DNA from: Candidatus Aminicenantes bacterium
GTDB lineage: Bacteria; Acidobacteriota; Aminicenantia; Aminicenantales; UBA4085
NCBI GenBank assembly: GCA_016867585.1
Contig: VGJF01000003.1
Span: 1-38,530, forward strand
DNA: 38,530 nucleotides
Direction: 5' to 3'
Positions within the stretch are counted from its first letter, which is position 1. Every line of letters begins with the position of its first letter. The notes under the pieces are model-generated. The model ran no database searches, was not told the DNA's origin, and saw nothing but the letters and a program-made list of their open reading frames with translations. Below, in pieces: positions 27,477-36,054 of this stretch. Made by a program: the position numbers and the translations under genes.

Positions 27477-28301
27477 ATGAACGGCGACATCCCGACGTTG
27501 TTCGTGACCGGCCGGACCCTCCCCGAGGCCTGGGAGCGGGCCGTCCTCGAATGCTGGCGCAAGGGGGCCGCCGTCCGGACCGAATACGACAAGCCCGGCG
27601 ACCCCCCGAGCCGCGACTGCACGATGACCTGGGTCGTCGAGGAGCCCTTCGGCGAGCCGCGCATCCATCGGGCCTTCCCCGGAGGACTCGAGGACTTGGA
27701 GATATACCGCCAGGAGGTCGTCGAGGGCGTCCATGACCATTGGATCTCCCCCCGGGAAGGGAAGTGGACATACACCTATCACAAGCGCCTTTTCGGATAC
27801 GACATCGAAGGGGAGACGATCGACCAGATCGAATATGTCGTGGCCAAGCTCGCCTCCGCCGGCCATACGCGCCGGGCCCAGGCCGTCACCTGGAACGTCA
27901 AGCTCGACCCTCCGACCTATGATCCCCCCTGCCTGCAGCGGTTGTGGTTCCGTCTCCTCGACGACGACGCCGGCCGCCCCGTCCTCAACATGAACGCCCA
28001 CTGGCGGTCCCGGGACGCCTACAAGGCCGCCTACATGAACGTCTTCGCCCTGACCGACCTGGGCCGGCTCGTGGCCGAACGAATCGCCGGCCGGACCGGC
28101 CGGCCCGTCCGGCTCGGCCGCTACGTCGACCTCGTCGACAGCTTCCACATCTACGGATCGTATTTCGATGAGTTCGCCGGTTTCCTGAAAATGGTCGAGA
28201 AGCGCTCCTTCGAGGAGAGGACCTGGAGGAGCGACTACGCCGAGCCGATGTTCGCCGAGGCCCGGGAGCGGCTCCGCCGGGAAAACGCCGAGGGGAAATG
28301 A
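27477..28301 (+). CDS. thyA: Archaeal-type thymidylate synthase (ThyA superfamily)
   Basis: YTYHKRL, DQIEYV, TRRAQAVTW, PPCLQ (catalytic Cys), WRSRD, AAYMN, SFHIY; GAGGAGG SD before ATG 27477. Confidence 0.8.
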   Translation: MNGDIPTLFVTGRTLPEAWERAVLECWRKGAAVRTEYDKPGDPPSRDCTMTWVVEEPFGEPRIHRAFPGGLEDLEIYRQEVVEGVHDHWISPREGKWTYTYHKRLFGYDIEGETIDQIEYVVAKLASAGHTRRAQAVTWNVKLDPPTYDPPCLQRLWFRLLDDDAGRPVLNMNAHWRSRDAYKAAYMNVFALTDLGRLVAERIAGRTGRPVRLGRYVDLVDSFHIYGSYFDEFAGFLKMVEKRSFEERTWRSDYAEPMFAEARERLRRENAEGK

Positions 28302-28900
28302 GGCTCTGCCTCGTTCTTCTCGCTTCGGCCGCCGCCGCGGCCGCGGGAACGATCCTCGCCGACGCCAAAGGCCGGTGGCGCCTCGTCTATGTCTTCAAGC
28401 CCTTGACGATGTCCTTGGTCATCGCCCTGGCCGCTGTCCGCGTTCCCCTCGACAGGCCGGCCTACAAGACCTTCATCCTCGCCGGCCTCGCCGCCTCTCT
28501 CCTCGGCGACGTCTTCATGATGCTCCGCCGGAAGCGTTTCGTCGAGGGGCTGGCCGCCTTTCTCCTGGCCCACGGCTTCTATATCGCCGCCTTCGTATCG
28601 ACGACGGGCGCCCGGCTCAGCCTCGGGACGGTCTGGCCTTTCCTCGTCTATGCGATCGTCATGATGCGGATCGTCCTCCCCCGGGCGGGAAGGATGAAGG
28701 GGCCGATCGTCGTCTACATCATCGTCATTACCCTGATGGCCGCCCTCGCCGCGGACCGCCATATCCTCCTCGGGGGAGCGATGGCCCTCTCGGCCTTTGC
28801 CGGAGCGCTCCTGTTCGTCATTTCGGACTCGGTCCTGGCCGCGAACCGTTTCGTCAAAAAGATCCCCTTCGCCCAGGCCCTCTTCGCCCTGTCCGTCTGA
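28298..28900 (+). CDS. YhhN/lysoplasmalogenase family membrane protein, apparently missing most of its last TM helix
   Basis: FKPL, SLLGDVFM, GLAAFLLAHGFY, GALLFVISDSVLAANRF; ends AQALFALSV without the usual TYxxAQ segment. Confidence 0.85.
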   Translation: MRLCLVLLASAAAAAAGTILADAKGRWRLVYVFKPLTMSLVIALAAVRVPLDRPAYKTFILAGLAASLLGDVFMMLRRKRFVEGLAAFLLAHGFYIAAFVSTTGARLSLGTVWPFLVYAIVMMRIVLPRAGRMKGPIVVYIIVITLMAALAADRHILLGGAMALSAFAGALLFVISDSVLAANRFVKKIPFAQALFALSV

Positions 28901-28907
28901 GGGCTCG

Positions 28908-30389
28908 TCATTTCGTCAATAGCCAGGCGACGACCTCGGGGAGCATCCGGCCGACAGCCAGCGTATGTCCGAGATTCTTGAACGGCCGGTACTCGACGGG
29001 GAAGCCGGACGTCCGGGCCTTCTGGAAGGCGGCTTCGAGCCGGCTCGGAGGGACGATGGGATCGAGCTCGGCGGCCGCAACTAGCGTCGGCGGCGCTTGG
29101 CTCGCCCCCGCCCCGAACCCGCTGAACCCGCAGAGGCAGGTCGCGGCCGCGATTTTTTCCGGACGGAGGCCGGCCAGCGCGCCGGCAAACACCCCGCCCA
29201 TGGAGTGTCCCAGGACGAAGACTCTTCCGGGGTCGAAGGGATGGTCGAAGGCCACGGCCTCGAGCAAGTCGTCGAAAACGCGGCCGGCCTTGGAGGCTCC
29301 GAAGGCATAAGACGACGGGGAAACCAGGATAAATCCGTGCTTCTCGGCCAAAGTCTTGATCATCCCGACCCCGTATCCGTCCGGGAACATGTTCTCGTCG
29401 CCGCTCGCGCCGTGGAGGGCGACGACGAGCGGCGGAGGGGCTTTCTCCCCGGCCGAGGCGGGATGAAAAACGCGGACGGGGACATCCTCCTCGCCCGACC
29501 TAACGACCCGCCAGTAGTCGCCCCGACGTCCCCGGAAGGGAAGGCGGCCTTCTTCAAGGGCCCGGATTTCCTCCTCGACCTGCCCGGCCAAAGCCTCCGG
29601 GTCGATCATCATCCGGGCCGAGCTCTCGACGCCCCCGGTGTCGGGAAGAAGGGCGTTCCGGGCTTTCACGGCGGCCAGAGCCTGCCGAAGGGCGGGGGTG
29701 GCGGCGATGATCTTGTCCAGGCGGGCGGCGTTGGAGGCGGCCCGCGCCGCGAGGGGCTTCGCGACGACGGACCAAACTCCGCAGAAATAAAAAGCTCTTC
29801 CCGAAGAGAAGCCGACCCGGTATCGGCCGGGGAGGAGGCGGCCGCGGAAAGGCTCGAGGGAAATCGACAGGGCGCCCTGGGGACCGGCTTGCGGAGAGCC
29901 GGCAAACGGGATGTCGATCTCCTTGGCCTTACCGAGAGGGGAGAGGCGAACCGCGGCCCGGATCGCGGAGCCGGCTTGAGGCTGTTCGAGGATGGGTTCG
30001 ATGAACAGGACGGGCGCGGGGCCGCCGAGGACGTGGCTCCTCGGTTCGATCCTCGGCCTGAGGGCCCGAAGCGGAGCCGGAAAGCGGCGCCCGATCTCGG
30101 GGGCGATCGACTCGGCCAAGGCGTTCAGGCGCTCGACGGCCCGGGCGAAGTTCCCGGCGAAAACGAAAAGGGTCAACCCGTCGAATTCTTTGTTGACCCG
30201 GACGAGCTCCGGCTCGTCGAGGCTCGCCCGGAGAAAGGCCTCTTCGAACCGGAGGTAGGCCGCGGCCAGGTCGGCCCGCGTCGCGGCGGCCGGCCCGTCG
30301 ACAACGGCCGCCGTCTCCGCCGCCGCCAAAGGGCTCAGGACCAGAAGGATCGCGGCGATCCGCCGCGGAACGGAGGGCTTTTCTTTCAT
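28908..30389 (-). CDS. Secreted alpha/beta-hydrolase (esterase/peptidase-like C-terminal domain)
   Basis: Signal peptide, PLVVALHGASG, GHSMGG nucleophile elbow, DPIVP, LGH; GAGGAGG SD before ATG 30389. Confidence 0.85.
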   Translation of the reverse strand: MKEKPSVPRRIAAILLVLSPLAAAETAAVVDGPAAATRADLAAAYLRFEEAFLRASLDEPELVRVNKEFDGLTLFVFAGNFARAVERLNALAESIAPEIGRRFPAPLRALRPRIEPRSHVLGGPAPVLFIEPILEQPQAGSAIRAAVRLSPLGKAKEIDIPFAGSPQAGPQGALSISLEPFRGRLLPGRYRVGFSSGRAFYFCGVWSVVAKPLAARAASNAARLDKIIAATPALRQALAAVKARNALLPDTGGVESSARMMIDPEALAGQVEEEIRALEEGRLPFRGRRGDYWRVVRSGEEDVPVRVFHPASAGEKAPPPLVVALHGASGDENMFPDGYGVGMIKTLAEKHGFILVSPSSYAFGASKAGRVFDDLLEAVAFDHPFDPGRVFVLGHSMGGVFAGALAGLRPEKIAAATCLCGFSGFGAGASQAPPTLVAAAELDPIVPPSRLEAAFQKARTSGFPVEYRPFKNLGHTLAVGRMLPEVVAWLLTK

Positions 30390-30450
30390 CGGTCTCTTCC
30401 TCCTCGCGATCGGGCGGTCTTTCGGTCCGCCCGGAGCCATGACCTTCGGC

Positions 30451-32346
30451 CTAGCGGAACGACAGTCCGGACAGAACGAGATTGAGGACGGCCGAAGCAT
30501 TGGGGCCGGTGACGGCGACGACCCAGGCCGTCGGCTCGGCGGCAAGCACGGCCGCCGCCCGGGAATCCTCCGAGGCGAGGAGCCCTTTCAGTCCGCCGGC
30601 CTCGGCCTCGGCCGGGACGCGGCCGATATCCAGGCTTCGGAGGAGTTCGGCCGCGGCCGCCCGAAAAGCTTTCCAGGGAAGAAGCGAGAACTCCCGAATC
30701 TCGACCCGAACGCCCGACGGCCCCTCCAAGGCGGCGACGGCCGGGTCGGGCCACACGGCCTCGGTCTTGGTCAGGGAAAAGCCTTCGGGAGGCGCGACCT
30801 CCAGCCCCAGCCACCTGTTCCGATAAACTCCGCCCTCGATCTCATACGGCCGGGCCTTGAAGGGGACCTCGACCGTCTTCCCCCCGGCGAAGCCATAGGC
30901 TTCGACCCGAAGGTCGACTTGCCCGAAGAGGCGGGCAGCCGCCCCGGCCGTGAGCCCGCCTGCGCCGTCGGCCAGCGAGGAGGAGGCGATGGCGACCCGG
31001 GCCGCGTCGGCCGGGCCGGACGAGACGATCGTCGCGTCGAGGGGAATCCAATCGCGGCCGATGCGGACTTCGGTCCAGGCATGTCCGCCGAACATCCCCA
31101 GGGCATAGACATAGCCCATGACGACCCGCGTGGGGAGGCCGGCCGCCCGGCCCAAGGCGGCCAGCATCGTCGCGTACCCGACGCACGTCCCGCGGCGGGT
31201 CTTGAACAGCTCTCCCGCCGGGGCGAAGGCGATCCCGAGGTCGAAAATCATGTTTTCATGGACCCAGCGGAGGAGCTTGAGGGCGGACCGGTAAGCGTCG
31301 GCCTCATCGCCGACGATCTCTTGGGCCAGCCGGCGGATCTCCGGCAGGTCGGACTGGACGTATTCGTTCGGGGCGAGGAACTCCCGGTTTTCGGCGGTCT
31401 CCGCCGCCGGCCGGGAGGCCGCTCCGGGAACGGCCGGCCGGCGGACTTCGAGCCTGAGGGTCTCCCGGGTCCGGGAGAGGATCTTCTGGCCCGAAGTTCC
31501 GATATCGGGCCAGCCTTCCTCCGGATTCCGATGGACGAGCTCGACCCGGAGATAATCGAGCGCCCGGGCTTTGGGCAGGCGGATGTTCGTCCGGAGGATC
31601 GAACGTTCATACAGCTCGGCCGGGAGCTCCGCCCCGCCTACGGCGGCCAAGGCCGTCATCCGGTCGGCCCGGACGATCTCGGCCAGGCCGAAGGGCGTCG
31701 TCATCTCGGCCCGGACGGTCTCCGCCCGCTCGTCGAGCCAGGCCGTGCTTTTCACCCCCGCCGCCTCGATCAGCTCTTCGACCTTCCAGACGGCCAGGTC
31801 TCGTCCTCCGGCCCGGACGGTCTCCCGGGCCAAGGCCCTGCGGCTTCCCCTGGTCACGGCCCCGGCCTCGGCGGCGAAGGTCTGGTACTCGACGATATCT
31901 CCGGGCTTCTTGAGGCCCTTCTCGGTCAGCCGGCGGATCCCCTCGGGGCCCAGAAGCTCGCCCTGGAAGGCGACCGTCCGGGAGTAGGTGTTTCCCCCGG
32001 CCTCGCTCCGGATCTCGACCATCCCGTCCTTGACGACGCCCTCGGTTTTCGTCGAAAGGAGCGAAGCCCTGAGCTCGTAGCCGACCTTGGCGAGGCGCCC
32101 CTCGGCCGTCTCTTCGGCGCTCGAGCGGAGATCGATCTCGACCCGGTTCCCCATCCGGTTGAGAACGATCTTCATCTCGGAGGAGGAGAGGATCGTCCCT
32201 CCCGGACCCGGGGCGGTCATCGTCTCGACGACGTATCCGACGGGAACGCCGGCGATGGTGATGACCGACCAGTCTCCTCCCGTCTCGGAGGCCGGACCGG
32301 CGGCCAGGACGGCGGCCAGGAGCAGGGCCGGTCGCCAGGGCTTCAT
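30451..32346 (-). CDS. Secreted transglutaminase-like domain protein
   Basis: Signal peptide; GTCVGYA, GHAWTEV, WIPLDAT (Cys-His-Asp triad). Confidence 0.88.
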   Translation of the reverse strand: MKPWRPALLLAAVLAAGPASETGGDWSVITIAGVPVGYVVETMTAPGPGGTILSSSEMKIVLNRMGNRVEIDLRSSAEETAEGRLAKVGYELRASLLSTKTEGVVKDGMVEIRSEAGGNTYSRTVAFQGELLGPEGIRRLTEKGLKKPGDIVEYQTFAAEAGAVTRGSRRALARETVRAGGRDLAVWKVEELIEAAGVKSTAWLDERAETVRAEMTTPFGLAEIVRADRMTALAAVGGAELPAELYERSILRTNIRLPKARALDYLRVELVHRNPEEGWPDIGTSGQKILSRTRETLRLEVRRPAVPGAASRPAAETAENREFLAPNEYVQSDLPEIRRLAQEIVGDEADAYRSALKLLRWVHENMIFDLGIAFAPAGELFKTRRGTCVGYATMLAALGRAAGLPTRVVMGYVYALGMFGGHAWTEVRIGRDWIPLDATIVSSGPADAARVAIASSSLADGAGGLTAGAAARLFGQVDLRVEAYGFAGGKTVEVPFKARPYEIEGGVYRNRWLGLEVAPPEGFSLTKTEAVWPDPAVAALEGPSGVRVEIREFSLLPWKAFRAAAAELLRSLDIGRVPAEAEAGGLKGLLASEDSRAAAVLAAEPTAWVVAVTGPNASAVLNLVLSGLSFR

Positions 32347-32352
32347 CCGCGG

Positions 32353-33240
32353 TCACCTCAACACGATCTCGGCCAGGACGGGATAGTGGTCGGAAACGAA
32401 CCGGCCGTCCCACTTTTCGGCGATGATCCCGTGGCGAAGGACCGGGCCCGTTCCCTGGACGAAGATGAAGTCGATGATACGGCCCGTCCCGGGCTCGTCC
32501 CGGAATCCGTTGAACGTCCTCCCGCCTCCGTAGGATCCGGTCAGGGAAAGGGCCGCGGCGTCGCGGAGGGCCGGAGCCCCGTTCAGCCCGGATGTCAGGA
32601 TCCGGACGGGCTCGTCCTCGGCGGCCGCGTTGAAATCGCCGGTGACCACGGCCGGCGCCTCGCCGGCGATCGCCGCCAGCCGGCGGAGAAGGAGCTCGGC
32701 GCTCTTTCGCCGGGCCTCCGGTCCGACGTGGTCGAAATGGGTGTTGAAGACGAAAAACGTCCCCTCATCCGGCGTCCCGGCGAAACGGGCCCAGGTGACG
32801 ATCCGCCGGCAGGCTCCGTCCCAGCCCGGGCTCCCGGCCTCCTCGGGCGTCTCCGACAGCCAGTAGGTCGACTGGTCGAGAAGGCGAAGGCGGTCCTTCC
32901 GGAAAAAGATCGGGCAGAACTCGCCGGCCTCCTTCCCGTCGTCCCGGCCGACCCCGACCCAAGCGTAGCCGGGGAGGAGCGTTTCGAGGTCGGCGATCTG
33001 GCCGCGAAGGCACTCCTGCATCCCGACGATGTCGGCCTTGTGGAAGAGGAGGGTTTTCGCGGCGAGTCCTTTTCTCGCCGGCCAGGCGTTCGGCCCATCC
33101 TTGGGATTGTCGTACCGGACGTTGAACGTCATGACCGTCAGTCCCGGCTCATGAGAGCGGGCCGCCGCGGCCGCCCAAACGGCCAGGGCCGCGGCCAGGA
33201 CGGCCGGGCTGACGGCCGAAAATCGAGCGCGGGCCTTCAT
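32353..33240 (-). CDS. Secreted endonuclease/exonuclease/phosphatase family protein
   Basis: VMTFNVR, DIVGMQE, FNTHFDH, TGDFN, IDFIF, SDHYPV; signal peptide. Confidence 0.93.
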   Translation of the reverse strand: MKARARFSAVSPAVLAAALAVWAAAAARSHEPGLTVMTFNVRYDNPKDGPNAWPARKGLAAKTLLFHKADIVGMQECLRGQIADLETLLPGYAWVGVGRDDGKEAGEFCPIFFRKDRLRLLDQSTYWLSETPEEAGSPGWDGACRRIVTWARFAGTPDEGTFFVFNTHFDHVGPEARRKSAELLLRRLAAIAGEAPAVVTGDFNAAAEDEPVRILTSGLNGAPALRDAAALSLTGSYGGGRTFNGFRDEPGTGRIIDFIFVQGTGPVLRHGIIAEKWDGRFVSDHYPVLAEIVLR

Positions 33241-33258
33241 GAGTTTTTCCTCCCGGCC

Positions 33259-33287
33259 ATCTTAACGGGCGGAGGCCGGTCCGTCAA
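33259..33287 (-). promoter_or_regulatory. Sigma70-type promoter for the EEP-transglutaminase-hydrolase operon
   Basis: TTGACG, 17-bp spacer, TAAGAT, then GGGAGG SD. Confidence 0.75.
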
Positions 33288-33307
33288 CTCGTCAGCCGCG
33301 CCGTCTT

Positions 33308-34807
33308 TCAGGCCCCAGTCAAAGTTCGGCGAAAACAATCAGCCAGACGTACGGCGACGTCCGAACGAAAGTCTTTCACCAAGCTCGGGACAATGGAAGA
33401 TGGGTTCAGCGGACGCTTACCGAAGGTCTGCATGGCTACGAGCTGCCGCTGATTGAAGAGCGCGCCCCAGGTCGTCATCCCGTACACCCAGGTCTTCACG
33501 TTCCACTGATTCTCAGGGATGCTCTCTCCGGGACGCTCAACCTCGATCTTTCGAGCGCGAGCGAACGCCGCCAGATCGGTGTCTTCTACCTCTCGGTAGT
33601 CTTTTCCACCCTTTCCTTCCACCACGACGCACACTATCTGCTCGCCCATTCGACCAGCGCGGCCGGCGGCGCGAATCTCCTCCTCAGAGGTCTGCTCCTC
33701 GCAGTAAGGGCAGGTCGCGGGGCCTCGTTCCCCCTTGGTCCCCTCGGTCCTCTTGATAGCGCTGCCCTTGGCCACGCCGAAGGAGACCTCCTTCCTCGCC
33801 TTGTCCACTTTCATCGTGAGCGCCGTCTTGCTGCTCTTGCTGCACAGGACAAGGCTACGGAGCAACGGCATCTGCCCCTGACACGATGGATTGGAGCACG
33901 GAGCTGTCCTCGCCCACATGTACGCGAGGACGGGGCGGCCGTCTTTGCCCGCGGGATACAGGTGCTCGATCTTCTCTCGCGTCCGCTCCAGGACCCAGTT
34001 CGCCCACCTCTCGAAGTCGTGGACGAGAACGTTGGGCACCTGGACTTCACGTTCGACCTTCTTGCCGAATTCCTCGATGAGCGCCTTCCTCTTACCTGGC
34101 TTCCCGTACTTCTGCGGGAACTCGCAGGTGGCTCTCAGGATGAGGTTGGCCACCGGGTTGTAGTCGTTGGCGATGGCTTGGCAGCCGAGCCGCCCCGCTT
34201 CCAGCGGGATCGCGCCGCCGCCGGCGAAGGGGTCGAGCACGGTCGGGACCTCGCCCCCGTGCGCGATCTTCACCAGCTCACGGGCGATACGAAGGACCTC
34301 GTGTCCCTGGGTGTTCTCGGGATCGGAGGTCTCCCACTTCACCAGGGAGCGGTCGTCAAGGAGCTCCTTGGGCACGGCCGCGTTCTTCCGCTTCCCCGCT
34401 TCGAACGCCAGCGATTCCGGCGACCATTTGGCGATGAATATCAGGAGCCGGTTCCGCAGCGTGTCTGCCATCCCCTCGTAAGGACGGTACGGGTCCTCGT
34501 CGCGGCGGCTCTCACGACCGCGACGGTAGTGCTTCATCTCCGCCGGCACGTGCCTCTTGAGATGGCGCTCCACGGCCGCACGGAAGTCCGTCGGGCAGCG
34601 CGGATCATCGGGATCGGGCACGAGCGATGCGAAGACAACTGCACGTGATACCGCGAGAGGGCGTCGGGCCCACCACTTGTGCAATCGGCTGATGTGTCCC
34701 TGGGGAATCCCTTTATCCCGCACGCTCTCCGCCGAGATTTCGCGAATGGGCAGCGCGACTTCGATGAGGCGCGGGCAATCACCGGCGTAGTTTCCTCGCC
34801 CGCTCAT
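33308..34807 (-). pseudogene. DUF1156 Zn-ribbon adenine DNA methyltransferase, truncated at 33421
   Basis: LHKWWARRPL, SAM motif VLDPFAGGGAIPLEA, Zn ribbon CSNPSC...CPYC, LFNQRQL. No catalytic DPPY half; the last approximately 37 codons are read-through into the IS end. Confidence 0.85.
33395..33420 (-). mobile_element. Solo IS66-family terminal inverted repeat
   Basis: Minus strand reads GTAAGCGTCCGCTGAACCCATCTTCC, an IS66-type end, starting exactly where DUF1156 homology stops; no tnpABC present. Confidence 0.7.
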
Positions 34808-36051
34808 GCGTGGCCCTCTCGACCTTCGTGCGGCGAGGGTTTGGCCCAGATTGTGAGGCGTAGCTCCTCGCCGAAGTGCGCGTAAACGGGGCGACGGCCG
34901 GAGTGGGCCTCGCTGGCGCCGAGAATCTTGCGCACACCCTCGCCGCGTGACTCCAGAAACGCCCGTCCGGTTCTCCGGCTCTTCATGCGCGAAAGGAAGC
35001 TCACGAGAAGCTGGTTCCGCGTGAACACACGAAACGGCATCGTCTCGATGGTAAGCGTATTGGGCAGGCGGCCTGGACTGTAGAGATCGAGCCGGTCGGA
35101 GAACAGAAACAGCCTGATCTTCGACCCCGCGATGGAGTAATCGCGGTGCGCCACGGCGTTGACAATCGCCTCGTGGACCGCACCGATGTCGTACTGCGGA
35201 TGATCCTCGCGCCCGGCGGGCTTGCGGGCCGGCTTGAGCATGAAGCGGTCGACAAACGCCGTCGCGTCGTCAATCTGCGCATCAACCCGGCCTTCGATCA
35301 GCTCGGAGTGCACGAGGTCGTCGGACGTGAGATCGGTGCCGCGATAGACCGCCGCTTCAACGTAGGCTGACGGCAGCTGGGCGCGCGGAGCCTTGCCGAA
35401 TGCCAGAAGCCCGGCGACTGTCGGACGGTCCGGGCCATCGTCTGCCTTGGCGAGCACGCGGGTGTTGCGGAGCAGGTCCAGCCACGGGATTGCCGAGGGC
35501 CCGTTCTGGAAAAACCGCTGTAACGCCCCGCGGTCGAGATCCTCGTCGGTCGCCGTGGGCACGGGCTGTTCGTCGAAGACGAAGGCACGGCCGCGCTCCT
35601 GGAACAATCTGGCGAGGGGCGCGCCCGTGAGAATCTGCTTGCTGGAACCGACGCGCACGTAGTGGCGTCCGCCGCTCGTGCCGTGCACGTAGAGCCCGCG
35701 GCGAACCTCGACTAACATGACGATGGCCTCGGAGCTGTCGGGTCGCGGGACGCTCTCCTTGCGCAGGATCGGACGGATCGGTGGGTCGCAATTGTTCGTC
35801 GCTACGTTCACAACCCAGCGCTCGACGTCCGCGAGACGGTCCTCCGGCAGTCCACGAACCAAGCCGCTATCGTCCACGCCAAGGAACAACACGCCTCCCT
35901 CGGCGTTCGCGAAGGCGACTATTTCACCGGCCATGTCCTCGCTGTTCGGCGACCGGACGCCGCGCTCGCCGAGTACGAGCTCTTTGAATTCGGCGCGGGC
36001 ATCCTCCCCGGCGGAAAGCTGGCGCTGAATCTCGTCCAAAGTGTCGAACAT
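34804..36051 (-). CDS. Schlafen/AlbA_2 plus HATPase_c_4 (RecG C-terminal-like) protein
   Basis: GEDARAEFKE, IVAFANAEGGVLFLGVDD, YVRVGS, EAIVNAVAHRDY, YSPGRL, ESRGEGV. Confidence 0.88.
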   Translation of the reverse strand: MFDTLDEIQRQLSAGEDARAEFKELVLGERGVRSPNSEDMAGEIVAFANAEGGVLFLGVDDSGLVRGLPEDRLADVERWVVNVATNNCDPPIRPILRKESVPRPDSSEAIVMLVEVRRGLYVHGTSGGRHYVRVGSSKQILTGAPLARLFQERGRAFVFDEQPVPTATDEDLDRGALQRFFQNGPSAIPWLDLLRNTRVLAKADDGPDRPTVAGLLAFGKAPRAQLPSAYVEAAVYRGTDLTSDDLVHSELIEGRVDAQIDDATAFVDRFMLKPARKPAGREDHPQYDIGAVHEAIVNAVAHRDYSIAGSKIRLFLFSDRLDLYSPGRLPNTLTIETMPFRVFTRNQLLVSFLSRMKSRRTGRAFLESRGEGVRKILGASEAHSGRRPVYAHFGEELRLTIWAKPSPHEGREGHA

Positions 36052-36054
36052 GGC

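Noticed and set aside
31291-31299. GTAAGCGTC (and GTAAGCGTA at 35051) as the partner IS66 end
   Set aside because: Both lie inside intact CDSs, similarity stops after 8-9 nt, and no matching target duplication is present.
1-33300. Very frequent CGGCCG/GGCC words as a HIP-like repeat
   Set aside because: Plausibly explained by GC content and Ala/Gly/Arg codon preference; needs a Markov-model k-mer test that I cannot run.
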